Position numbers and translations under genes: made by a program. Of a stretch of DNA of 64,000 nucleotides, positions 41,301 through 53,700 are shown one piece after another (the first letter of the stretch is position 1; every line of letters begins with the position of its first letter). Source of the DNA: Paraspadella gotoi (Eukaryota; Animalia; Chaetognatha); NCBI GenBank assembly GCA_051294375.1, contig CM119263.1, positions 144,019 to 208,018 of the forward strand, in the 5' to 3' direction. The notes below the pieces were generated by a model. It was not told the DNA's origin, made no database searches, and was given only the letters and a program-made list of their open reading frames with translations.

Positions 41301-44300
41301 AACTCAGTTGTCACTGGTCATTTGGGGTCAAGTCTAATCATCCCCTTTTCTAAAGTAAATAGTGTGGCGGTATATTCGCGCAACACATTGAAATTACCGT
41401 TCTTATTTTCTGTGAACCCTGTGAAATAGTTAATCCTTTCAACTAATTCGAAGGCCTGTCTCTTACTCACTTTCGACTCGGGGATTCACGTGAACGACAG
41501 CGTTGACAGCATCTCATTTTCATCATCACTTTTTAGTGAAATTCCACAGAGATGTCTGATGCTAACCCTGAGGGTTTAGACATTTCAGACTTTAAGCAGA
41601 CGAATCATGGATCGTATCTAAGATTCGAAAAGCCGGTTTGCACTTAGAAACGTCCGTATTTTCGTCCGTCCATATTTCTTTAGTTCGCCCTTGTCATACA
41701 TCACCAAGTTAGGAACTATTTTATTTACAACTACTACAATTCATCACAATTAGATATCCGGTGAAAACCCATCAACTCAAAATTAAAAAAAATAGAAAAA
41801 AAAACCCAACAAACAAGTCGAACTATCTAACATATGTTAAAGTTGTTTGAAAAAAGTCGTATAAAGTTTAAAGTTTAAAGTTTAAAGGTTTAAAGGAAAT
41901 TTCGCTTCGCCAAGCTGAAACCATTATTTCCAAAATGGAAAAATGCATATTAGATTAAAAAAACAGATGAAAATAAGTAAACATAAATGACTTCATAAAT
42001 TAAGAATTGAATAAAAAATATAAATAATTTCTAGTCGTTTCCTCTTACAAATTTCCGAATTAATTTTATTGTGGCTTCTTTTTCTCCATCGTACAACTCA
42101 CACTACTGATTCTCACCCACATTTCTATTCTTCTTCCAACCGCACAATTCTTCCTCTCCGCGCAGTTCTCTTCTCGGCACTTTACTCACTCTTCCCCATT
42201 TTAGTCACACTCAGTCTTCTTCACACACTTCTACTCTCCCCCACACTTCTCACTCTCTTTTCTCTCCCCACAGTTCCAAAGGCAACCCTCCTCCCCCCAC
42301 ACTACTCAGAACTCACTCTCTTTTCTCTCCCCACAGTTCCTCGCCCACGCACGCGCCATCTGCTTTCGGTATCGCTCGCTCAGAAACTCCCAGGCGACGA
42401 ATGTAGCGACGAAGAGTGTGCCCAGCAAGAGGGCGATGGATGACCCGGCGGGAAATTTGGTCTTCATGGCGACGCAAAAGTAGACTACGAAAGCGAGGAG
42501 GAGGAGGAAGCGAAAGAGGCGCTTGAAGAGACTCTTGTGGGAGGAGAAGCCCGACTCTACCTGGGAGGAGGAGGGAGAGAGAGGAAAAGAGGGCAATCAG
42601 GATTTGGGAGAAAATGTACGAGCGGGAATAGCTTTAGTGAATTGAATGTAACTCATTCAACAATTTTCGGGGGGTTTTTTTCCCCCCTTTTTTGGGACTT
42701 TGGAAAAAGTTAATTATGTTTAGATATCAGTCACACAAATTTATCCCATTAATGTCGTTTCGTTTGAACCTGAAATTAGCCCTAAGTGAATAGAAAAAAA
42801 AGGTGGAGTGTTTTAGAATAGTGACTGTCAATTGTAGATGTACATATGAAAGCGGTANNNNNNNNNNGGGTTTCATTCATCTGTGATGCTATTTAAGCCA
42901 AAAGGTTTTCAAAGATAGTTAAATTTTAATTCTTGGAATTAAAATATAGTAATAAATTGGGTCATCAGCTGAGGCAGAACCCAAATCTACACCAAACGAT
43001 TTTACGATTTACAATTCACAATTCTCCCAAATAAAAGACTACGACTCAAATAGATAATTTGTCATCTTGACTTAGCCAAATTGAAATAACAATTCAAATA
43101 ACAATTAGGGTTCGAAAAAGACGATGAATGGCAGATAACAAAAATCAAGTAGCTACATATAAGTGCAAACTGCTTACTGCATAGTCAAAGAATGAAAATG
43201 TTTAAAAAAATAAGAAAAAAACTGTAAAAAATAAAAACAAAGTGTACTTCTTCTATTGCATTATATTCATATACAAATAATGAATACAAATACGCAATAA
43301 CAATACTAATAACGCTAAACGATTCCTTAGCTTGATTGAGGTGATCCCTTACCTAAGAGGGTAAGGTAGCGTCCCTTCCCCTCCTTCCCTTACCCTAACT
43401 CACCTTTTTCTGACAACCGACTATCATCCGCTGACAAAGATTCAGCGGCGGAAACTGCATCTCTTCCTCCTCCTCTTCTTCGTCGGAACCCGGCACCGGA
43501 AGATCAGTTTCCGGAATCGTGACGTTCTCGTCATCCTCGTCGGCGCTGCTGATGCTGGAAGCGGTGCTGCTGCGGCGCGGGCGAATGCGGCCGCGGTGCT
43601 TGAGCTGCTGCAGGGAGAGGCGTCTGTCCATGTCGCGAGACTGGAGGAAGGAGGAAAGGAGAGGGGGGGCGGGGGAGTTGGAATGAGAGATTTGAAGGAG
43701 GAATTAAAAGAAAAGAAAGACGGGATGGTGGGGGGAAGGAGGAAAGAAGAGAAAGTAAAAGAAGGGTATGGAAGGAAAGAAAGAGAGGAAGAAAGAAAGA
43801 CAGAGAGAAAGAAGGAAAGAAAGACGGGATGGTGGGGGGATGGAGGAAAGGAGGAAAGAAAAGAAAAGGAGAAAATGGAAGAGAAAGAAAAAGAAAAATC
43901 AGAAAGGAAATAAAGAAAAAAGAGAAAGAAAGAAAGACAAGAGCGACAAGTTCTTAGATGGTGAATCGGTAATATCGTTTCCATTAAAGTTGGTTTCGTT
44001 TTTTGATGCCTCGTGATTTACTTGCCTTGCTCAGCGGTGACCCCATTCTCGTTTTGAATTTGGGTCAGGAAATCTGACAGGACACAAGCCCAAACGGGAC
44101 CAGTCACTCTTTGAATCGAGTCGCCGAAATTAAAGAGTCGATCAATCAATAGATCAAAAGGAAAAAAAGTTTCTTTTTTTTCTAAACGAGATTTTCGATG
44201 GAAGATAAACGGATGTGTAATTTTGATTATTGTTTCGTCGAATCCTACTATTTAGAAATTTAATACGATTTTTTTAAAAACTATTTCATCCCGTCGGAAA

Positions 44301-46330
44301 TTCGTAATAAATCGTTAGCTAATGTTAAATTTCCGGAGGTGATTACTGATTAGTTTTCATTACTTTTCTATTTCGCGAGAATAAAAATACAGATTTTTGA
44401 GATAAAATAGATCTTAGTCAGATGAAGATATTGTTTATAAATTTATCAGATTCATTGGTTTATTTGTATTAATTTTCGTATATATACAAGGTGACACACG
44501 ACAGCACGCCGCTAGAAAAAAAAGTTTCAATTTGCAAACTTAGGAAGATTTTTTTTATCTGAAAGGTTTTTTCTGTAGCAAAAACCAAAATCATTTATAT
44601 ATCCAAATTTTATATTGATTGTTTAGATTTGAGCGGAGAAAATTTGCCATCAAAATCGTCTTTTATTTTAAAACTAAATTTTTTTTCAATCTGTTTTTTC
44701 TAACTTTCTAAACATTTTTTTAAATTTATATAAATAGTATCAATATTAATATCTTCTGAAAGTTCTTAAAATATAAAGAGAATGGCATAATTAAAAATAC
44801 TGTAATATAAAAATTAGCCTATTCAGCTTTAAATCAAAAAAGGTTATCAAAACTAAGATAATTATAAATTAAAAAATTCCTGAAGAGCAGTTTTGAATAG
44901 TTATTAAATTATTGTTAGCCATTTTAATTTAGTTTTTCCCAAGCTTTTTAATGATACCTATATAAAAAAAATTAGATATTATAATGAAAATAGGTCAGTT
45001 ATTTGAAAAAATATATTTTAGGATTTTATTATTTCAATTTTGATTACCTTTATTAAACTAAAGCTGGTTTAAGCTCATTTTTATGTTACAATAGTCTTAA
45101 ATATGCCATTTCTTCAAAATTTCTAGGAGCATTCAGAAGATATTAATATTGATACTTTTTTACGTAAAAGTATTTAAAAAGTTTTCAGAAAGTTAGACAA
45201 AAAGATTGAAACTTAAAATTTGAGTTTCAAATGAAAGACGATTTTTAAAGCATTGCCAAGTCAAATCATAACCAATCAATATGAAATTTGGATATATAAA
45301 TGATTTTGGTTTTTGCTACAGAAAAAACCTTTGAGATAAAATATTTTTTACAGGTTTGCAAATGCCTTTTTTTTCTAGTGGCGGGTTGTCGTGTGTCACC
45401 TTGTATTTGGTTGATGAATTAATTTTTTTCCACTTATTTATTAAATTATTTAAATCCAATTATTTACATATTAATTTATTCACGAATGCCGTTACCCAAT
45501 GAATGGCAAAAAAAAATGGTCGGGGAAAATATAAATTTGGAAATGAGGAAATGAGGAAGAAATGAGGAAGAGGAGAAAGAGGGGGAGGAGGAGGAAGAGG
45601 AAAGGAGGAAGAAAGATAATCATGACGAAATCACGTCATGACGATGGACTCAAACCGTCACCGTCGCGTAGAAATAAACGGGACGTTTTGGTCATTGTTA
45701 CGAAATCGTTATTATTTTCATGTTCATTTATCACATAATTTATTTTTAACCTTAATATTTAACTTTAATATGTTTTTAGCCTTAAAAACTAATCCCTAAC
45801 CATAATCCCTAACCTGAGTCCCTAACTACAAGCCAAGTCTCTAACCTTAATCCCTAACCTTTAACCTTTAATTAAAAAGATTAACTTAATTCCGAATTTA
45901 AGATGAAACGGAGCGTTCTGGGAAAATAAGGCCTTCTTCGCTCATTTCTGCTTAAATTCAGTCCTCGTTTCGAGGTACCACATTGAATATAATGTAAATA
46001 TAGATATTAAAACTTACTAAATTTACTTCTTTCTATAAACTTTCCCATTTTCTTCGCCCACCAGACCTGACCTGATCTGACCATACCTGACCATCTCGAA
46101 CTCACCTTTCGACTCGAACGTCGTCTCGTCCTTTTTCTCATTTCTTCAACTTCGTCGTCGTAGTCGAAGGTGTAGCCGACATTCTCCTTCCCCATCACGC
46201 TCATGGGGACATCGAAGTCGTCGTCCGGGATGTCGGGCAACTTGTCGGTTCCGCCGTTGAGCGTTTCCACGTCGGCCTTGAAGGAAACGCTTCCCTGACG
46301 TGGCTTGACCGTGGAATCGCTCGATTCCAT
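29943..46330 (-). CDS. SLC28A3: Concentrative nucleoside transporter (SLC28/CNT family), 15 coding exons
   Basis: Phase-consistent exons: 46106-46330, 43404-43640, 42317-42560, 39840-40013 (1-nt indel), 39145-39239, 38976-39067, 38624-38708, 38451-38561, 37920-38057, 37077-37180, 36549-36674, 36022-36117, 33909-34065, 30302-30430, 29943-30106. CNT hallmark peptides: [75 protein letters not shown]. The symbol marks the family only; orthology to a specific paralogue is not established. Confidence 0.93.
30588..33646 (+). mobile_element. Long DINE-1/HINE-like element in a CNT intron
   Basis: Full-length, error-rich copy of 1602-4430 with both termini. Confidence 0.78.
34268..34875. mobile_element. 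MITE family A (TA-flanked, TIR AGGCGTAGTGAAA)
   Basis: ta|AGGCGTAATAAAA ... TTTCACTACGCCT|ta; near-identical to 40184-40786. Confidence 0.85.
36688..36935. repeat. (GAGATTT)n heptamer array next to a CNT acceptor
   Basis: Direct tandem repeats. Confidence 0.9.
38884..38968. repeat. (CCAAGG)n hexamer array next to a CNT donor
   Basis: Direct tandem repeats. Confidence 0.85.
39460..39610 (-). mobile_element. tRNA-derived SINE, related subfamily (degenerate copy also at about 46733-46833 +)
   Basis: Head ..AACCCAAAGGTCCGGGGTTCTAGCCC.. and core GATCCGAAGCTC shared with the SINEs above. Confidence 0.65.
40184..40786. mobile_element. MITE family A, second full copy
   Basis: ta|AGGCGTAGTAAAA ... 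TTTCACTACGCCT|ta, in a CNT intron. Confidence 0.85.
44487..45403. mobile_element. Tc1/mariner-type foldback MITE with long inverted arms
   Basis: ta|CAAGGTGACACACGACA ... TGTCGTGTGTCACCTTG|ta; inverted similarity continues for several hundred bp on each side. Confidence 0.85.
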
Positions 46331-48429
46331 TGTCCGCCTTTGGAGCTGAACGAGGAGCGAACGGAACGAGAGAACGTAGTCGTTGGTTTATAAATTAATT
46401 TATTTACTTTGATTTAATTTTAATTTATTAATAGAAAGTTTTTTATTAATAGATATTAATTATTTAATAATAAACTTATGAATTATTTATTTATTAATAG
46501 AAAGTAAAATAAAATTCGCTATATTATTATGAGTTTTGGGCTGGAAAGATTAGTTAATAGTTATGTGGAATATCTATCGATGAGCTTTGAAACTTACGTA
46601 ACTATTACCTAATTCAACATCACATTTAAATTGCACATCTTTACGAACAGGTAAAATACTACAAGAAAGGTACCTATGATAAGTCGTCTTTGGAATAAAA
46701 GAATAAATTTTGGATTAAAATCCACCAACTGTTAACCCAGAGGTCCGAGGTTCTACATCCGATATTATGGACGGGGAGCTTCACCCCCCTTAGCATGGTT
46801 TTGCAGCCAGATCCGAAGCTACGGGATTGCTTGTCTATTAACTAATTCTTAACATTTCTCTCTCTTTACTGTATAAAATAAAAACAATTCTACATTTAAC
46901 AGCTATCATTCGATAAGTTTTTTTAGTTATCAACCAAAATTAAAAAGGAATTAAAAAAGATAATTTTTTTTCTTACTTACTTTCGTCTGATTCCGTGAAA
47001 AACTATGACGATAGTCCACAACGAATTGTATTAAAAATTGCAGTTAATTAGATTATTTTGGGAACTTAGACAAATTTATTTTAAAGAATCAAAAACATTG
47101 TCCATTTAATTATCGGTTGGGGAAGATTCGATTTTTAATATTGTTCAAGTTTCAAAAATAGAATCGTTTACTTTTTAAGTGGTCTAGAATTTGGAAAAAG
47201 TGTTGTCTTATCTTCTCTCCAAGTTGGTGAAGGCTTATCGACTTCCAGCGTTTGATTACCTAAATAATTTTTCACTTATTATTCGATTAGTGTTTTTCAT
47301 GGAAACTTAGTAATAACGACACATTACCCTAGATTTTAAGCAAGAGCAGAATTACGTTTATTACACTTACAATGATCCGCAAATATAGCTAAATTGTCAA
47401 AAATGTTGCTCGAAGGTAATAAAAAAATAATAAGCGATTAGGATGACGCCAACGCGGAACCAAAATTGTCGAGCATGATTGATCTTTACGTTTATGACTT
47501 TGTTACAACACGATTTAAAAAAAAAACATTTTACGAGGTAAACGACCCAGTCGTATAACATGTTTGCGATAGCGACATAAAAGGAGAAAAAATATCTAGA
47601 GTTCAGTAGCCGACTCTGAACTGTTTTTCTCTCCCTAAAAATCGAAATCTAATTAGAGAAAATAGTTTTAAAACGAGTTAATTTAAAAGATAACGGGTCA
47701 CATTTGAAGGTTTTTCGAGTCAAGGAAAAGTCAGTGAGGAAATGCGTCTAAGAACGAGAGAAGATGCGGAGACAATTAATTGGGATGATTATGTTTATTT
47801 AAAATAATTAGATTAAGTTGGACTCCAAGTCTTATTTATAATTGGCTAGATGGTACAAGGATGACAGATCGTGTGTTCAGCCTTGTGAAGATGCGTCGCT
47901 GCGAAGAAAATAAGATGGCAAAAAAAAAAATACTATATAAATAAAATCCGCCCAAGGTCCCCTTCTCAATTTCTACTAAAACTGGAGAACATTGTGATCT
48001 TTCTTCTTTTTCTTAATTCTATTTAGTTTTTTTCCCGATCCAATGTTATATTTTACGAAGACAAAAATAAAAAGTTTTAACGTAAAAAACTAAATTGTGA
48101 AGGAAATTCGCCGAATTGTAATTATGAAATTACCGCAAATATTAAACTCGAAATTAAGGCGAGGCTTCAGCTCCGTTTTTTCGTGATTTATATTAATAAA
48201 TTTCTAGAAATAATTCCTCTTTTTTTAATCTACGACTACACCTAACAATGCAGAACTATATATCGAGGTATCACCAAACATTTAATCTCAAATCAATATA
48301 AAAGACACAAGTATTTATAAAAGTAATTGCAATTCGATAGTACCACCAATCAAAGGCATGAAAAATTCTAGCAATGTTTCAATTGTAAAATAACTCAGAT
48401 CAATTGTGTGACTCATCGAGGATTGGAAG

Positions 48430-48520
48430 CCACAACTGGCCAGAACTGGCCAGAACTGGCCAGAACTGGCCAGAACTGGCCAGAACTGGCCACAACTGGA
48501 CAGAACTGGACAGAACTGGC
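48430..48520. repeat. (CAGAACTGGC)n decamer array in the rhomboid 3' region
   Basis: About 9 tandem copies. Confidence 0.9.
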
Positions 48521-48669
48521 AATGGCTTCGTCACAGAGAACGCCAACTCGACGATAGGAATGCGTCAGAATGTAACTTCCAATGGGGTAGATAGTTCATA
48601 AGTTCATGACAATAAATATTGCATATTTGTCGAGACAACAATGCTGTTTGCGTTTATCGAGATGAAGCT

Positions 48670-50659
48670 TCAGCAAGAGTTATCATTGCGACAAGTGATG
48701 TTGGCCAAAGGAATCCAATTCGTTTCCGGGAACGTTTTGGCAAAAGCGTTCCAAAAGACGGCGAAGGCGGTTAGTGACAGATAGAGACAGAGCGCGATCC
48801 ACCTGGTGTCATATTTAAAACTTTACTTAAATTTATATCATTAAGACTCATTATCTTTTTTTAATTTGTTCAATAATCTGAATTAATTAATCCATCCAAT
48901 TAAATTGAGCCAGTAAAAGATAAATACTTAAGGAATATCTCAGTTAAATTACCAACTAAAAATGTACAATGTAGGCTTTCATTCAAGACTCACCAGGCTC
49001 GGTCCTCCCAGAGATGGCGCTGTATGTTTCTAAGAACGAAGATGCCGACCAGACATCCGGACAAGCCACCGCCAAAGTGAGCAGCAATGCCCACCTTCGT
49101 CGCTGTATGGGTTGAACATTGAACACAATAAAACAAAACAGGAATTTGAAAAACTATCAACGATAGTGTTAACTCACCAAGATCTAAAGTGAAACAAAGT
49201 CATTATTAATAAGTAATTGCTTACTTTGATTTTATTTTTTGTTGATCAAAATCCACCAAAAAATGTCTTTTTAATTAATAATTTTGACTATAGTCTTCAA
49301 AATCCTAATTCGTTTACACGTGTCATGTAAATTAACCTTTAAGTTTAATGCTTTGAAGTTTATCAAAAAATTTGTTCTTGAACTAAAATCGAACACAAAA
49401 GGCGGCGCTGTTTTTAAACAAAAGATCCCTCTTAACTTTTAAGTTAGAAAAATTCTCACCCCCGCTTTGTTCTTTCCCGAATCGCACGTAGAGGGCGTAA
49501 CCGAGATCGGCCCCGGTCAATAGACAGAGGACGGCGACGCGCCACTTCCCGTATTTCATCTCCTTCCAGTTTAATATTATGTTTGCCAAATGAGCCCAGA
49601 TGATAGCATAAACGCCTCCGCTCGCTCCCAAAAGATACGCTGTTAAAGAAGATATCATATTTAAGAACAACGACTTAAAAACAACGACGGAGTGTACTGT
49701 TAAAATGGTTTTATTTGTCATAAAGGCAAAAGTCGCTTTGGCAGACAAGCGAACAAGTTCGAACAACGATAATCTCATTTGCATATTGAAGTATATTGAA
49801 AAACAAATTTTTAAAAATGTTTTTAAGTACATATAACAGTCTGCATGATACTAGGCCTGAAATATTTATAGATGCATCGATCATGACCATTGCTACGAAC
49901 TATTTATTTTAATTTAAAATAAATAAGGTCGTAATATATTCTAAAAACTTCACTTCATTAATCCTGAGTAAAGAATTCTGCTTGTAGATCAAGAACAAAA
50001 TTTTGCCTTCAATTGCAGCTTTGCGCAGTGGCGATACCGTAGCCAGTGAAGTATTAACTGAGGCGCGGTTATTGCTAATTGAAAACTAATCCCAATACCC
50101 CGCTAGGAAGGACTTGAAACATAGTCCGCCTAGCAATTTCTGATGGCCTTTGAAGGCTAATAATATTGTTGTAAATCTGAGAAGTAGAGATAATGTTTAT
50201 TGCTCAGTATTCTTACCGTCACTGTCCGCAACCGAACTCGCGAGCGAACCCGCGATGACACCGAGAAAATAAATGAGCCCAACTCTCCACCATCGGTGAA
50301 CCATCTCTAATGGAACACCAACCAAAAGCTGTAATATTGTGTGAAATGTTTTCTTAGTTTTATGCCATGAGTGCCATAAACATTACATCAGCTTTGTACC
50401 TGCACCAGGAGATTGAAGACAAGATGGACTAGACCCGCGTGCAAAAACATGTAGGACAAAAACCGCCAGGCCTCGTAGCGTCGCCTCGGATGGTAAATGA
50501 GTGGACTGTAGATTGGAATCGGGGTTGATGCGCCTGCGCAATAGGAAAAAATAATCATAAAAATTAACTAATGAATTTATCCAAAGTGCTATATTTGCAA
50601 ACAGAATGCCGAATAACTTATTCAACTAAATTCAATCTGTACGTAAATGAGTATAGAGT

Positions 50660-50701
<42 letters not shown>

Positions 50702-53700
50702 GAATCCGATCACGAACCTATTCCGCCCAACAATTGGGCGTAATAGACAAAGACGGCGAATTCGGCTGAGGATACGAGCAGCATGAAGAGCGGAGGCGGA
50801 CAGCACGAGTAGAGACGATGGTAGTCCGACACTTTCTGCTTGACGCTCAGAGGCAGCACGGGTCCCACCGTCGAGCGGAGAAACAAATGGAATTGACTTG
50901 AAGAGATTTGGATAAATTTAATTTAATTATGAAATCGTTAAGCCTCTTTACTTGAAATATTTTNNNNNNNNNNAATATATTCTAAAAAGTTCACATCATT
51001 AATCCTCAGTAAAGAATTCTGCTTGTAGATCAAGAACAAAATTTTGCNNNNNNNNNNNNNNNNNNNNNNNNNAAAAAAGGAGAGAGATTCACTCCCAGTG
51101 AACCTGGCTTCCCTAACAATAAAAGTGGTATAATGTTTCAAAGAATGTTCCAATTGTAAAAGACCACTCCCTTGAGTATTAGATCGGGGAATAATATATT
51201 GTACTTCGCACTTGTTATCAAAAATCAGAGATGTGAAGCGATCGATTTTTCCGCCGCTGCCAATCCGGCACTTCCAAGACTCCTCCCGCTCGCCGTTTTC
51301 GGGTGCAATCCTTACTTTTTAGCCCGGATCGCTTTCGGTTCGAGTCACATCGCCTTCCTTCTTTTAGAAATTTTATATTGTTATTATTTATAAAAAATAC
51401 TTCTTTAGACATGTAAATTCATTGGTTAGAATTAAGTTTAAACAATCTTTTTTTGTTAATAATAACAAGTGAAATATTTTACTATGTTAAAATTGTAAGA
51501 TTTGTAAGATTGTTAATAAATCGTTCGAGTGGAAATGAGTTTAAATGAAAAAAAACAACAAACCTTTTTCCCTATTTGCGCTTTCTTTTTTATTAAATAT
51601 AAATACAAGCTGCATTAATTATTCAATTGATCAATTAATTAATCAATCAATCAAATCAACTAAACAACTAATCAATCAAAATCACTTAAAAATTAATGAA
51701 ATCAATTTTTATCAATCAATAAATTAAATAATCAATAATTTATCATCAACTAATTAATAAATTTATTTATCAATAAATTATTAAAAAGAACTAATTAATT
51801 AATTAATTAATCAATCAATTAATCAATCAATTAAACAATGTCAGTTTATCATGTCCTCCAACGTCGTTGTGCTTTTTCTGGTCAGTGACCTGACAAAAAG
51901 ACCTAAAAATTAACAGGCCTGCATATGAATTTATTTTATTTGATCCAATCATCATTCAATTAATCATGATGGTGCTATCCTCGTTGTCATCATAATCATC
52001 ATCGGGTCGCTCATTTCTTTTGTCATAATGAAAAGACAAAAAAACAAAACAAGTTTGAGCTAACAATCCAGTACTATACAATTAATTAATATTCAATCAA
52101 ATTAATCAATATTCAATCAATCAATCAAAAAATTAAGAAATCAATCAATTTTTCATCGTCGGTATTATCATTGTCGTGGTTGCCATCATTAATTATTTTA
52201 ATTAATTAAACTCCTTTACTTTGTTGCTACATTGCAAAACTGTATTCTTTATCATTATTTATCCTTGTTGTTTTGTTTCTCTCTCACTCTCTTCTCTCTC
52301 ATTTAACAAGTTTTACTTCTTTTCACAACTCACTTCAATCTGGCCTTACCTGCAACCTGTCCTCACATCTGACCACTATTCTGTCTCACCACTTTGTGGG
52401 AAACTTTTACCTTTTCTCTTCTTTCTCTCTCTCTCTCTCTCTCACACTCTTCTTTTACACAAATTTATTATTGAATGTCATATGTGTATGAGGCCTTGAA
52501 GTAAGCAAGCCGAAACATGTCCAACTATTAATTAAAAATCGTTGTTACAAATTCAAAATTCTTTGCTTTCTCTAAATTAATTAATTGAAATATTTTTATA
52601 ATTTTTTGCGGTGACTCAAAACAAAAATTTATAGAAAAATTTGAGGCGTGTTTTTTGTGATAAAGAAAACCTGGTATTATCAAAAACAGTAAAAAAGTAA
52701 AAATGATAAAAATAATAACAACAACAACTAGTATTTACATTGGCTGAGAAAAAGGTCAGCCATAACAAGATTGGGTAAAAACAGGTCATTCTTATTGACC
52801 ACTACTGTACTACGGCTCACAAAGTACAAAGACTTCGTCGTCGTTTTCGTCATTGTATTCATCGTCGTTGTCGTCTTTGTTCAAATCATTTGAGCTCCCA
52901 AATGTTTGATGTTATTATTTTAATTAATTATATGTAATTAATTAAATAATTTATTTTTTTTTCAATTAATTAATCAATTAATGACTGCTAATGATCGTGG
53001 GCAGATCCGGCATTGTTTTGCTCAAACTTTTTTATTAATAATATTTGAATTATTTATTTTATATATTTTTTTTATTTGCTTTTTTGTTCAGTGCAAGAGG
53101 GAAAAAAAAGAAGATAGAGAGAGGAGTGTGTGTTAGAGATTTAAGTATGTATAAGCATAATATTATGCAATATTGCCAATAAAACAGATCAATCCTTTGG
53201 TTTAAACTTGTTTGTAACATGAAAAATGTTATGGTTTTAAAAAAAGAGACTTAAATTTAAAGAAAAATAATAAAAATATAAGAAATAAAATTTTTAGTTT
53301 TATAGAATTAAAAAAGTTTAATTTAAATTTTAATTTAAGTTAATTACAGTTTTTTTAAGATAGAAAAAATCTTTTTTTAGCTCAGATTTTATTTGAATAT
53401 ATTAAAAATAATAATTAAAAAAATAAATATGTAATTTTTTTTCATAGATTCTCGACCAAAGAGGAAAAGAGAATAAAAGAGAACAAAAAAATAAAAGAGA
53501 ATAAGAAAAAGTGAATAAAAAAATTAGGAGCAAACAATTTTAAATGTTGAAAATAAATATTGAAAACAAATTTTTAAAAGAAAAATCAAGAAAGAGCAGG
53601 GGGTTGCAAAGATTTTAATACATTAAATACCTTTCATTTCTAACCAATAAAAACAAATGACCAGGAAGCGAACACGCAGGGTTATTATAGCTTCCGGTTC

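Noticed and set aside
45785-45870. Degenerate CCCTAA repeats as an interstitial telomere
   Set aside because: Short, interrupted and intronic; insufficient support.
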